From: Gemmatimonadales bacterium
GTDB taxonomy: Bacteria > Gemmatimonadota > Gemmatimonadetes > Gemmatimonadales > GWC2-71-9
Direction: 5' to 3'
Assembly: GCA_965250155.1 (NCBI GenBank)
Contig: OZ252291.1
Span: forward strand, 68,583 to 132,582
Length of the DNA stretch: 64,000 nucleotides
Under the pieces are notes generated by a model, which was not told the origin of the DNA, searched no databases, and saw nothing but the letters and a program-made list of their open reading frames with translations. A program made the translations under genes and the position numbers. Positions 15,709-25,194 of this stretch are shown here, piece after piece; position 1 is the first letter of the stretch; each line of letters opens with the position of its first letter.

Positions 15709-18218
15709 GTTGGAGCTCCCACATCGTGCAGCGCGAAGAATTCCTCCGCGGCCGCTCGTACCTCCTGCCACGTGCCGATCACCTGCCTGGCCGGAGGCAA
15801 TGACCGGATCAGAACCTTGCCATATGTCCGGCTCAACACGCGAGGATCCAGCAGCACCACCACACCAAAGTCGGTCCGGGAACGTATCAAGCGCCCGAAG
15901 CCTTGTTTCAACTTGAGTGCCGCGTGCGGCACCAGGTATCGTGTGAACCCGTCTTCGCCGCCTTCCTGCAGCCGCTCGAGGCGCGCGGAAGTGACCGGTT
16001 CACTCGGCACCTTGAAGGGAAGCTTCACGATGACGAGGCAGCGGAGTGCCCTCCCCGGCACGTCGACCCCCTCCCAAAAGCTGTCTGTACCAAAGAGAAG
16101 GGCCGATCCAGCCTCGCGGAACCTTCTCAGCAACCGGTCTCTCTGGCCCTCGCCCTGAATCATCAACGGCCATCGGCTCCCGACTCGGCGACGCACGAGC
16201 TGGGCGGTTCGTCGCAGGGCGGAATGGCTGGTGAAGAGCACAAACATTCCACCGTCAGAGATTTGGGCCAGCTCGACGATGGCAGACGCAACGGATTGGT
16301 CGTACCTGGGCTCGTCACGCTGGGGCTCCGGTTGGTCGGAGGGGATGCCGAAGAGACACTGCTCGCCGAAATCGAACGGCGACGCCAAGATCTCCTCGAA
16401 CCGCATGCGAGTCGGGGGTAACGACAGGCCGATACGACTCTTGATGAAGTCGAAATCGCCGCCTGTTGCGAGCGTGGCACTCGTCAAGATCACGCTGTCA
16501 ACCCGATCGAACAGCGATTCTTTGAGAATGGGTGCCAGATCGAGAGGTACGCTGGCCAGCCCGATCGGGAACGGGAGAGATCCCGTCGGCTTCTTGCCCC
16601 GCTGTTCGATCCATCTGACAGTGGCGGCGTCCGGTTGCGGCCGCAGAGTAAACAACATGCCGTCGAGCACGGCGCTGAGGCGCCGGACGACACCGTTGAG
16701 TTCCTTGAGCAGCTGGGTTCGACCGTCCGGTTCTTCGTCCAGCTCCAACCGGTCGGCCACGGTCTCGACGCCGTCGCGCAACTTCTGCAACACGATGACA
16801 AGGTTGTCGAGGGCAACGCTCAGCCCTTGTTCCCAAATGGCATCCTTGGAGAACTCATCGGTCAGGCGCAGTACCTGTTCGCCCCGATCCACCAGAAGAT
16901 CGGCAAGCAAGCCAAACACGCGCTGCGCGTGAGTGCGCGCGTCCTGGAGAGCCGGCATCAGGTCCGTTCGCAGTAATTCGACGGAAGCCGCGCTCAACAA
17001 ATCCTCACGACGGCGCAACTCGGCGATCAGAGCCGGGATCAACCCTTTGCCGTTGCGCTCGAGCCGCCCAAGCAACCGGATCACTCCGAACCACGTGACT
17101 TGATGTCCGAGGTGTTGCGCCGCGGTGTCTTCCAGATGGTGGGCCTCGTCCAACACCAGACGCTTGTAGGGCGGGAGTACCGCCGCGTCACGCCAGTTGT
17201 CAGTGTTACGCCTGATGGCGATGTCGGAGGCGAGAAGATGGTGATTAACAACCACGACGTCGGCTTCTGCCGCGCGACGCCTGGATCGAAAGACGAAGCA
17301 CCCGTCGAAATGCGGGCACTGCAGCCGTGTGCAAAGATCGGCCTCGGCGCACACTTCGTCCCACACTTCCGAAGATGGTTGATCCGGGAGGTCGGCGAGT
17401 GAGCCGTCGGTGGTGTGCTCTGACCACTTCACCAATGCCACCAGCTCCTCCGTTCTGTCTTCCCCCAACAACGAGCCCTGCTCCTTCTCCGCATACGACA
17501 GGCGTTGGAGACAGAGATAGTTCCGCCATCCCTTGAGGAGAGCAAATGTAGGCGGCCGGTCCCGGTCGGTCGCTGCCCGCACCAACATCGGCAGGTCCTT
17601 CCCCACTAGCTGCTCCTGAAGGTTGATCGTGTTGGTCGAGACGATCGTGCGCTCCTCGTTCACCTGGGCCCACTCGATGGCCGGGACGAGATAGGCGAAA
17701 GATTTTCCCACCCCGGTGCCAGCTTCGAGTATCGAGACGCCGCCATCGTTGTAGGTATCCGCCACGTAGGCCGCCATGTCGCGCTGGCTCGGCCTGTTCT
17801 CGAACTGACCGAGCACATCGGCAATCGGTCCGTCGGGGCCGAGCAGGTCGGCGACCGCCGGGGCGTCGAGCAACTGATACGACGGAGCGCGCGGCACCTC
17901 GACGACCACGTAAATGGACGTGGCTTCGTTATCGACAATTGCAAACCCGATGCCCGCATCGTGCAACCGCGAGGCAACGGTGAGGTCGGATTGCGAGGGC
18001 TCTAGCACGCCACTGGGATGGTTGTGGAGAAGCATTTCGCCGCGGCTCGCAACGCCGGGAAGGGCCAACACTGCTTCCACCGTGCCCCGCGCCACGGCGC
18101 GCGCTGCCACGAGCGTCCCGTCGTCGTCCACTGCAGCGACAAACGACACCTCACGCCCCCCGGCAGCAGCGATCTCTTGACGAAGAAGCGCGCTGACCGA
18201 AGGGTCGATACAGGTCAC
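15705..18218 (-). CDS. RadC-like JAB/MPN+ domain fused to a DinG/XPD-family ATP-dependent Fe-S DNA helicase
   Basis: The N-terminus has GREVSF...HNHPSGVLEPSQSDLTVASRL (a JAMM motif in RadC style). It is followed by GTGVGKSFAYLVPA (motif I), a Cys cluster (CLQRL...CAEADLCTRLQCPHFDGC), VLDEAHHLED (motif II), and C-terminal FGTDSFWEGVDVPG ... QGFGRLIRS. Confidence 0.85.
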   Translation of the reverse strand: MTCIDPSVSALLRQEIAAAGGREVSFVAAVDDDGTLVAARAVARGTVEAVLALPGVASRGEMLLHNHPSGVLEPSQSDLTVASRLHDAGIGFAIVDNEATSIYVVVEVPRAPSYQLLDAPAVADLLGPDGPIADVLGQFENRPSQRDMAAYVADTYNDGGVSILEAGTGVGKSFAYLVPAIEWAQVNEERTIVSTNTINLQEQLVGKDLPMLVRAATDRDRPPTFALLKGWRNYLCLQRLSYAEKEQGSLLGEDRTEELVALVKWSEHTTDGSLADLPDQPSSEVWDEVCAEADLCTRLQCPHFDGCFVFRSRRRAAEADVVVVNHHLLASDIAIRRNTDNWRDAAVLPPYKRLVLDEAHHLEDTAAQHLGHQVTWFGVIRLLGRLERNGKGLIPALIAELRRREDLLSAASVELLRTDLMPALQDARTHAQRVFGLLADLLVDRGEQVLRLTDEFSKDAIWEQGLSVALDNLVIVLQKLRDGVETVADRLELDEEPDGRTQLLKELNGVVRRLSAVLDGMLFTLRPQPDAATVRWIEQRGKKPTGSLPFPIGLASVPLDLAPILKESLFDRVDSVILTSATLATGGDFDFIKSRIGLSLPPTRMRFEEILASPFDFGEQCLFGIPSDQPEPQRDEPRYDQSVASAIVELAQISDGGMFVLFTSHSALRRTAQLVRRRVGSRWPLMIQGEGQRDRLLRRFREAGSALLFGTDSFWEGVDVPGRALRCLVIVKLPFKVPSEPVTSARLERLQEGGEDGFTRYLVPHAALKLKQGFGRLIRSRTDFGVVVLLDPRVLSRTYGKVLIRSLPPARQVIGTWQEVRAAAEEFFALHDVGAPT

Positions 18219-19504
18219 GTCTTCAGCTCGCGCTTCTTGGCTGCCGGGAAGAGCACATTGTTGAGGATCAACCTGTACCCTGGGGAATTCGGGTGGAGCG
18301 AAAGATCTGTGGGAGGATCTCCAATACGGTGCTGCGGATCTTCCGGATCATGCCCGCCGAAGAACGTCCACGTACCCGAGCCGTATTCCCCGTGAATGTA
18401 TTTCACCCAGGGAGCGCCTTCCTCATCGGCTAGCACGGTAACTCCCGGCTTGAGTCGCTCGCGCACGAAAGATGTGGTGAGCCCATAGTAATCGGAGATG
18501 ATGGACCGGTGGTTCTGCACCAGCATCGTGGGAACCGGGTCTATCTTGGCAGCGAAGTTAAACAGCTTGAACGCTCCTAGAGGCTGCCGTTTGGCGGCAT
18601 TGTTCACCTGGTGGCCGTCGACATCCGAGAAGCTGGCGGTCATTGGCGACTGCTCCAAGCGCACCTTGTCGAATGCCATTGTGCGACCCCACCGTAACTT
18701 GCCGGACGCCTCGGGATCCATCGGCGTGCCATCGGCATAACGCGGAGCAACATCCACACCGTCAGCCGCCAACGCGATTTCCAGCGTCTCCGTCGCCGTG
18801 CACATGGCGAAGAGAAAGCCGCCCCGATCCACGTAATCTCGAATGTTCCGAGCAACAGCCTTCTTCAAATCCGGAACGGTGGCGAAGCCCAGGGTTCGTG
18901 CTATCTGCTGGTTGCGCTGCACCATTTCCGTGAGCCAAGGGGTCCCGCTATAAGTGAGGTAGAACTTGGAGTACTGGCCGGTGAAATCCTCATGATGCAG
19001 GTGCAGCCACTCGTAATCGCTCAACTTCCCTCCGACCACCTCCCCATCCCAAATGCGGTCGTACTCGATCCCGGCATATTCGAGCGACATCCGCACGGCG
19101 TCGTCCCATGGCGCGTTGCCGGGTGGCACGTACACGGCCACCTTGGGGGCCTTTTCCAACGGCACGGCGTCCATGTTGTTCGCCGCGATGGTTCCGCGCA
19201 CGTCTACGACATCCGCGTCCGTGAGCTGTATGGTGGAAACACCCTGCAACGCGGCATCCCGCTGTGTCGTCGGATCGAGCGGGAACAGAAAGCTACCACT
19301 GCGGAAATTCAGCAGCCATTCGGCCGTTGTGCCCCGCCGCAGCGCACGGTACGTGACGCCGTAGGCTTTCAAGTGATTCGACTGGTCGCCGTCCATGGGA
19401 ACGAGCAGCCATGTTGCCTCGCGGGGGCGTGGCGTCCCCGACGCGCCCAATCCCGCGGCGGCGACCACCCCACCCAGCGTCTCTACAAATTGGCGTCGCT
19501 TCAT
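18215..19504 (-). CDS. Tat-exported hypothetical protein (conserved-looking, function unknown)
   Basis: MKRRQFVETLGGVVAAAGLGASG is a twin-arginine signal. 429 aa with 4-nt overlaps on both sides. I recognise no confident family. Confidence 0.75.
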   Translation of the reverse strand: MKRRQFVETLGGVVAAAGLGASGTPRPREATWLLVPMDGDQSNHLKAYGVTYRALRRGTTAEWLLNFRSGSFLFPLDPTTQRDAALQGVSTIQLTDADVVDVRGTIAANNMDAVPLEKAPKVAVYVPPGNAPWDDAVRMSLEYAGIEYDRIWDGEVVGGKLSDYEWLHLHHEDFTGQYSKFYLTYSGTPWLTEMVQRNQQIARTLGFATVPDLKKAVARNIRDYVDRGGFLFAMCTATETLEIALAADGVDVAPRYADGTPMDPEASGKLRWGRTMAFDKVRLEQSPMTASFSDVDGHQVNNAAKRQPLGAFKLFNFAAKIDPVPTMLVQNHRSIISDYYGLTTSFVRERLKPGVTVLADEEGAPWVKYIHGEYGSGTWTFFGGHDPEDPQHRIGDPPTDLSLHPNSPGYRLILNNVLFPAAKKRELKT

Positions 19505-21255
19505 CGTACCGGCACCACCCCCCTCAAACGATCCAGCATGCGGCGAGCCAGCGGCACGACCGCACTCTCGGGATACTCGAGAATCAGGCTCTCCAAACGG
19601 GCGCGGGCCTCGTCGTTGCGGCCAAGTTCTTCGAGCACACGCGCGAGATGGTATCCGGCCGCCGGTGCGGAGGCCGACGCCGGATCTGCGGCTATGGCAC
19701 CAAGGAAGGACTCTTCGGCCCCTTTGTAATCTTGCCGATCCAACGCGAGGCGGCCGGCATAGGTCAACACGCCGACACGCCCCCCGCGAGGGGGAAGCGC
19801 AGCGGCGGCCTCATGGAGGGCTTGCAGCGCCGTGGCAGTGTCTCCGCGAGCGAGTTGCAGTAACGCGCGTCCCAATAGCGGCACAGAGTCAGGGGTGATG
19901 CCTTGCAACAAAGCCAGCACGGCAGTGCGCTCGGTGACCTCCTTGCGCGACCCAGCCCGAGGGCCTGCACCCCGAAAGAAATCCGTCGCCACCCGGATGT
20001 TACCCCTGTACAGCGCGATCCAGCCGCGCACGGCTAGGACGGTGACAGTAGAGTCGTCTCCCAGCACCGCTTCGGCTCGGTCCAACTCACCTTTTCTAAC
20101 CCAGGCCCATGACAGCTGCTGCCGCAGAGAGGCAGCGTCGTCAGCGCTGAGGCGATCCTCCCAGTCTCGAAGCCGGGCTTCCGCCTCCTCAACTCGTCCC
20201 GATTCCACCGTTACGGCGATCAGAGTGGCAACTGCCGCCGCTCTGGAACCACCGCCTCCCCCCACGGCCGCGGCAATTTGCTGGAGCATCCGCTCTACAG
20301 CGGCTCGCTCTCCGGCATCGGCATACGCGCCGGCGGCATCGATTCTCGCGCGCCGAGCCGCAGACCCAACGGAGAGTTGGGCCAGCCGTTCGAGGGCCAT
20401 GCCGCGAGCTCGCGCGCCCTCTTTGGATCGCACGAGGCCGGCACGGTCGGCAAACCGGCGTAGCAGCCGTACGGCCTCTTGGGCGTCGTCCGGCAGCGAG
20501 CGGTCGAGCAACACCCAACCTTCCTCCGGCCGGTTCCAGGACACGAGCAGATCCGCCGCCATGCGCCCGCTCGAACGATCGTTCTTGTCGTCCGCCAGAA
20601 GATCCAAGATCGACCCCCGCGACCTCAACGGCGCCTGGATCAAGTTCGTCACGGCGGCGCTCAACAAGGCAGGGTTATCCCGCGTGGCGTCGCGCCAGTA
20701 CCGCGCGGCCGCCACCCAGTCCGCATCGAGCACTGCCAGCTCGGCCATTTCCTGTGACAACGCTGCTACACCGATTCGCCCGGATCCCACCTCGAGCACG
20801 GTCCTCGCGGCCGCAACGTCACCCATCCCCTCCAGCGCCGAGGCCCACTCCCGGTACGGCTCCGCACTACGGGGGCTCGCAAGGATCCACTCCCGTGCAG
20901 CTTCGGCGAGACGATCAGGGCGATGGAGACGGGCGAACACCCTCAGCTGAAGCGAGCGCACGGACCCGTGCCCACTTTGCAGCACCAGCGCCGAATCGAT
21001 GTACGGAAGGATGGAGTCCAACTGCCCGATAGGCGGCAGCACCCGCTCGAGGCCAAGCAGGGCGGACAGATTGGTGGGACTGCGATCCAGGATAGCCATG
21101 AACCGGCGCGCCGCGATCTCGTAGCGGCCACGTCGCTCGAGTTCGAACGCTTCACCCAATTCCGTCGACTGCCTTTGTTGCGCCACCACCAGCGCCGGGG
21201 ACAGGAGAAGCACGAGGGCGAAAACCGCGCTCAGCCTACTGGCGGCGTTCCGCAT
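19501..21255 (-). CDS. secreted TPR-repeat protein
   Basis: Signal peptide MRNAASRLSAVFALVLLLSPALVVAQQ. Ala/Leu/Arg-rich helical repeats throughout (584 aa). Confidence 0.75.
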   Translation of the reverse strand: MRNAASRLSAVFALVLLLSPALVVAQQRQSTELGEAFELERRGRYEIAARRFMAILDRSPTNLSALLGLERVLPPIGQLDSILPYIDSALVLQSGHGSVRSLQLRVFARLHRPDRLAEAAREWILASPRSAEPYREWASALEGMGDVAAARTVLEVGSGRIGVAALSQEMAELAVLDADWVAAARYWRDATRDNPALLSAAVTNLIQAPLRSRGSILDLLADDKNDRSSGRMAADLLVSWNRPEEGWVLLDRSLPDDAQEAVRLLRRFADRAGLVRSKEGARARGMALERLAQLSVGSAARRARIDAAGAYADAGERAAVERMLQQIAAAVGGGGGSRAAAVATLIAVTVESGRVEEAEARLRDWEDRLSADDAASLRQQLSWAWVRKGELDRAEAVLGDDSTVTVLAVRGWIALYRGNIRVATDFFRGAGPRAGSRKEVTERTAVLALLQGITPDSVPLLGRALLQLARGDTATALQALHEAAAALPPRGGRVGVLTYAGRLALDRQDYKGAEESFLGAIAADPASASAPAAGYHLARVLEELGRNDEARARLESLILEYPESAVVPLARRMLDRLRGVVPVR

Positions 21256-24200
21256 TCAGCCTCCGGAAGTAGTCGAGAATCAAGCGGCGCTCCTCGGGTG
21301 TAAACCGGCGCAGTTGGTCCCATCTGGGATACGGATAACGTGCCTCGGGCCCCGTCGGCCCCGACAGCTCCGGAGGCACCCGAACGTTGGCCTGGTCGCC
21401 TGTCTCGCTTCGGCGTTCCTCGCGCTCGTCCTCCTCGTCGCTGCGCAGGGTCCTCCCAGCATCCAGGAGTCGGCGGAACAGTCGTTGTTGTCGTTCCACG
21501 GTCTCCCGGTCCAGCCAGCCGGCCTCGAGCTCCCGGGCGAGCTGCAGTGCTTCCTCCGCCAACTGCTCGGCAGCGTTGGGGGCGCCCTCGGCGTCCATAC
21601 GTTCGAGTTCCTCACCCAATTCACGCTGGCGCTCTGCCAACTCCCGCAACTGTTGCAGCAATTCTTGCCGGCCTTGGGCCATCATCGGAAGTATCTGGCC
21701 GGATTTAGACGCCATGGCCTGTTGTTCCTGTGCCAGTTGCGCCATCCGTTCCATGGCTTCGGCCATTCCGGAACCAGACTCCGATCCCTCGACGTCTCCC
21801 CGGTTTCGCAGCAGTGCGTACGCGACTTCATTCAAACCGTCCAGCGCCCGCCCAGCGCGCTCTCCCGCTTGTCGCGTGTTGGCTGTCGCCTCCTGTAGCT
21901 CCTGCAACGCCTCTGTCATCTTCAACCGTGCCAGACCGAGGGCGGCGCTCAAGTTGGGAGATACGAGCGCGTTCTTCCCGGCGGCGTTCTGGAGCCGATC
22001 GATGACGCGGTCGACACCCTCGCGAATCGCCGCCTGATCGCCCCGCACCTCTCCTCCCAACTCGCCGCGCCGTAAGCGTTGCTCCACAGATTGCTGGCGT
22101 TCCGCCAGGTCCGCAGTCTCGATCAGCGCGTCATCCATCATCCTCATCACTTCCTCGCGCCAATCCCGGCGCATCTGCTCGAGCTGCTCCCGCAGTCCGT
22201 CTCCCGCCGATTCGAGGTCCTGGCTGGCACTCTCACCAGATTGTCGGGCCTGCTGTTGCTGTCCCTGTGACACCTGCTGGGCTGCCTGGCGCATCTGCCG
22301 TCCTGCCTCCTCGGTACTCTGCTGAGACTGTTGCACCTGCTCGCCGCCCTCCTGAGCCCGGTCGAGCGCCTCCTGGAGCTGCTCGAGTCGGTCCCGGAGA
22401 CGTTCGGCTTCAGCGGCCAACGCCGCTTCGTTTGCAGCGAGTGTCGAATCCGACTGCCCAACATCCTCCACCGATTCGTTCCACTGATTCTGCCGGTCGG
22501 CCAGCTCTGCGACGTCGTCGGCCAGCGTGGACATCTGTCCTTCCAGCGCCGCCCGCTCGAACAGTTCGCGGCTCCGTTCCAACTGCTCGCGCAACTTCTC
22601 CTGGGCTTCCGCAAGTTGTTCGAGGAGTTCCTGCACCGCCTCCGCGTCCAGCTGTTCCAGCGCCTGTCGCAATTGCTCGAGTGTCTCCTGGATCTCGGGC
22701 GTGATGGCCTGCTCCAGCATCTGTCGCAGCTCGGCTAACCGTTTGTGCCATTCCGGATCCGTGATGCCGGCGTCCCACCCCGACTCCGCAAGCTCTTGAA
22801 GTTGGTCCGTCAACTCCCTGGCACGGTCCACCAGTTGCTCCTGCTCCTCGGTGATCTCCGCCGCCTCTTCCGCCGAGCGAAAATCCATGCGGCCGTTCGC
22901 ATCGCCGCGCGCTGCGTCGTTGCGCCGGTCCCCTTCGGCCGCCAGGTTGCGCGTTGCCTCCGCCAAGTCGCGCTGGGCGCGCAACAGCGAATCAGTATCG
23001 CTCACCAGATCGTCGGCTGCGTCACGCACGGCTTCGCGAATGTCACGGGGCGACGGGAGATAGAGCGCGAATTCCCTCGTCTCACTCACTTGCGGATTTG
23101 GAGCGTTGTCAACGGCGCGGATTCTGTAATAGGCGGTGTCGCCCGGCAGGAAACCGCGGTCGTTCAGGTCGATCACCCACTGCAACACCGCCCTGTCGGT
23201 GCCCCCTACAGGCAGCGGAATCGTGTCGGTTTGGGTATGGCCACCGTTTCCCGTGCGACCCGCACGCCGGGTAGTCAACTCGATCCGAGTGAGCAAGTGG
23301 TCGTCCCGGGCATCGATGACCAACAGTTGGCGCAATGACGGGGCAACGGTCGTGTCGACACCCGGAACTGGCACCGTTATCTGCGGCGCACTGTCGGGAA
23401 CTGCCACCACATGGAGCACCGGATTGGCGCTTTCCAACTTGCGGCCAGCTTCGAGCAACACCATGAGTTCCCAATCACCGCCCCGACGAACGGTGGTGCG
23501 ACCGGAAAATCCGCTGCCCTGCACCTCCAATCTCACCGAGTTTACAGCAGCAATGCTCCACGCAGCCGAACTGATGGGAACAGTGGCGCGACCCTGCACC
23601 CGTATTCGAGTGCCCACAGGCAAGAACACGCTATCACCGGGATAGAGCGGCGCATCGGGACGCTCCAAGTACGCCGGAAACTCGGCGGAGAGAATGAGGT
23701 CACTAAGGAAAGCCGGAAACGCGACACGCACCTGCACGGTTTCGGAGGTACTCCGCCCGCTCACCGCGCGGAAAAATCGGTCGCTATCCAAAGGCCCGAC
23801 CGTGGTACTCGCTCGTCCCACCGTGTCCAACTCGATTGCAGTCGTGTTCCAGGGCTCGCCAGGGGCGCGACTCCACAATGTGGCGGTGCGTCGCCCCTCT
23901 GCAGTTACGGAAACCGTGACGCTGTCGCCTCGACGGACTTCCTCTCGATCGAGAGTGAGGGTTACGGCACCTCGCGCAGCGCCGAGCACCGATATCGGAT
24001 GCCAAAAAGTGGAGCCTCGACGCGAGCCAGGACCGGAAAGTGCAAGCAACGACACACCGACGACTCCGGCAACGGCGCTCAAACGAAGTGAGCGGATGCC
24101 GGCACTGTGTAGCGGCGCGATCGCTTTGCCACCCTGGCGATCCAGCCAGGAATAGGCACGATGGTCCGCGGCGTCGAAGAGCATCGGGCTCCCACGGATA

Positions 24201-24517
24201 CCGTCGTCCACCACACCCTCCACGGAACCCCGCCGCAGGCCGCCGAGTGCTTCCATCTTCCCCGCCAAGCGATGCACGCTCGCCTCCCTGATGCGACGGC
24301 GATACCTGCGCACCCCCCAGACCACCGCGGCGGCGGCCGTGAGCCAAGCCAGCACAACCAGGGGGGGAATCAGCTGATACGCGCCCACCCGCCCAAGGAC
24401 GACGCCGACAGCCAGGGCCACCAGCGTGACAGCCCCGGTCGACAACAGCGCCGTTCCCAGCTCACGGCGCGCGATTTCGCTACGCCAAACTTCCAGCCAT
24501 CGCCGGGTTTCGGTCAT
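21236..24517 (-). CDS. large membrane-anchored protein with a long coiled-coil region (DUF4175-like)
   Basis: 1093 aa. N-terminal TM helices (LLSTGAVTLVALAVGVVLG, LVVLAWLTAAAAVVWGV), a beta-rich middle, then about 450 aa of E/Q/R/L/A-rich heptad-like sequence (LEQLRQALEQLDAEAVQELLEQLAEAQEKLREQLERSRELFE...). Confidence 0.8.
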   Translation of the reverse strand: MTETRRWLEVWRSEIARRELGTALLSTGAVTLVALAVGVVLGRVGAYQLIPPLVVLAWLTAAAAVVWGVRRYRRRIREASVHRLAGKMEALGGLRRGSVEGVVDDGIRGSPMLFDAADHRAYSWLDRQGGKAIAPLHSAGIRSLRLSAVAGVVGVSLLALSGPGSRRGSTFWHPISVLGAARGAVTLTLDREEVRRGDSVTVSVTAEGRRTATLWSRAPGEPWNTTAIELDTVGRASTTVGPLDSDRFFRAVSGRSTSETVQVRVAFPAFLSDLILSAEFPAYLERPDAPLYPGDSVFLPVGTRIRVQGRATVPISSAAWSIAAVNSVRLEVQGSGFSGRTTVRRGGDWELMVLLEAGRKLESANPVLHVVAVPDSAPQITVPVPGVDTTVAPSLRQLLVIDARDDHLLTRIELTTRRAGRTGNGGHTQTDTIPLPVGGTDRAVLQWVIDLNDRGFLPGDTAYYRIRAVDNAPNPQVSETREFALYLPSPRDIREAVRDAADDLVSDTDSLLRAQRDLAEATRNLAAEGDRRNDAARGDANGRMDFRSAEEAAEITEEQEQLVDRARELTDQLQELAESGWDAGITDPEWHKRLAELRQMLEQAITPEIQETLEQLRQALEQLDAEAVQELLEQLAEAQEKLREQLERSRELFERAALEGQMSTLADDVAELADRQNQWNESVEDVGQSDSTLAANEAALAAEAERLRDRLEQLQEALDRAQEGGEQVQQSQQSTEEAGRQMRQAAQQVSQGQQQQARQSGESASQDLESAGDGLREQLEQMRRDWREEVMRMMDDALIETADLAERQQSVEQRLRRGELGGEVRGDQAAIREGVDRVIDRLQNAAGKNALVSPNLSAALGLARLKMTEALQELQEATANTRQAGERAGRALDGLNEVAYALLRNRGDVEGSESGSGMAEAMERMAQLAQEQQAMASKSGQILPMMAQGRQELLQQLRELAERQRELGEELERMDAEGAPNAAEQLAEEALQLARELEAGWLDRETVERQQRLFRRLLDAGRTLRSDEEDEREERRSETGDQANVRVPPELSGPTGPEARYPYPRWDQLRRFTPEERRLILDYFRRLNAERRQ

Positions 24518-25194
24518 TGTGCGGCCACCACCGCAAACACGTACAAATTCACTCCCATCTTGAAAGCCAGCTCTCGCACATCGGCTGGGTCACCGTGCAC
24601 ATCGGCATCCTCCCAACCATCTCCCAGGTCGGTTTGGTACGAGTAAAAGACCGCCAGCCTGTTCCCCACAAAAATGCCAAACCCCTGCGCCGGCTCACCA
24701 TCGTGCTCGTGGATCTTCGGAATTCCTAGAAGCATCTCGTACACGACGCTGTACACCGGATGGTCGAGGGGCACTTCTACGAGCGGCCGGTTCGGAAAGA
24801 CCCGGGCAATCTCCCGCCGGAACGACTCATCCATTCCATAGTTGTCATCGGCATGGAGAAAGCCTCCGTTTTCCAGATACCGTCGCAGGATCAACACTTC
24901 CTCATCCGAAAACAGGACGTTTCCATGACCGGTCATATAGATGAACGGCATGTCCCAGAGATCGGGACCCGTAATAGTCACGACCTGCTCTCGGGCGGCT
25001 ACCGGGAGCGACGTGCGCCTGCCGATTTCGGCGAGCAGGTTCGGAAGGCTGGACGGGTTGGCATACCAATCACCACCGCCGCTATAATGGAGTCGGCCGA
25101 TCGTGAGCGTGGGACGCGCTTCCTGGCCGACGACTTGGAGGGGTGCAACGCACGCGATCCCGATGAGCACGGCGCACGACACGATCGCTCTCAT
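24514..25194 (-). CDS. DUF4159 domain protein (secreted)
   Basis: Signal peptide MRAIVSCAVLIGIACVAPLQVVGQ. RLHYSGGGDWYANPSSLPNLL...PFIYMTGHGN...FLHADDNYG fits my recollection of DUF4159. Confidence 0.8.
   Translation of the reverse strand: MRAIVSCAVLIGIACVAPLQVVGQEARPTLTIGRLHYSGGGDWYANPSSLPNLLAEIGRRTSLPVAAREQVVTITGPDLWDMPFIYMTGHGNVLFSDEEVLILRRYLENGGFLHADDNYGMDESFRREIARVFPNRPLVEVPLDHPVYSVVYEMLLGIPKIHEHDGEPAQGFGIFVGNRLAVFYSYQTDLGDGWEDADVHGDPADVRELAFKMGVNLYVFAVVAAQ

Noticed and set aside
19832-20950. 372-aa plus-strand ORF.
   Set aside because: It is antisense to the TPR gene and is a Ser/Ala/Arg-rich low-complexity translation. It is a shadow ORF.
21314-24646. Numerous 90-230-aa ORFs on both strands inside the 1093-aa gene, for example 21387..22037, 22745..23338 and 23411..24091.
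   Set aside because: All overlap a long, continuous, coiled-coil-coding frame. Their compositions are Arg/Pro/Ser-rich.
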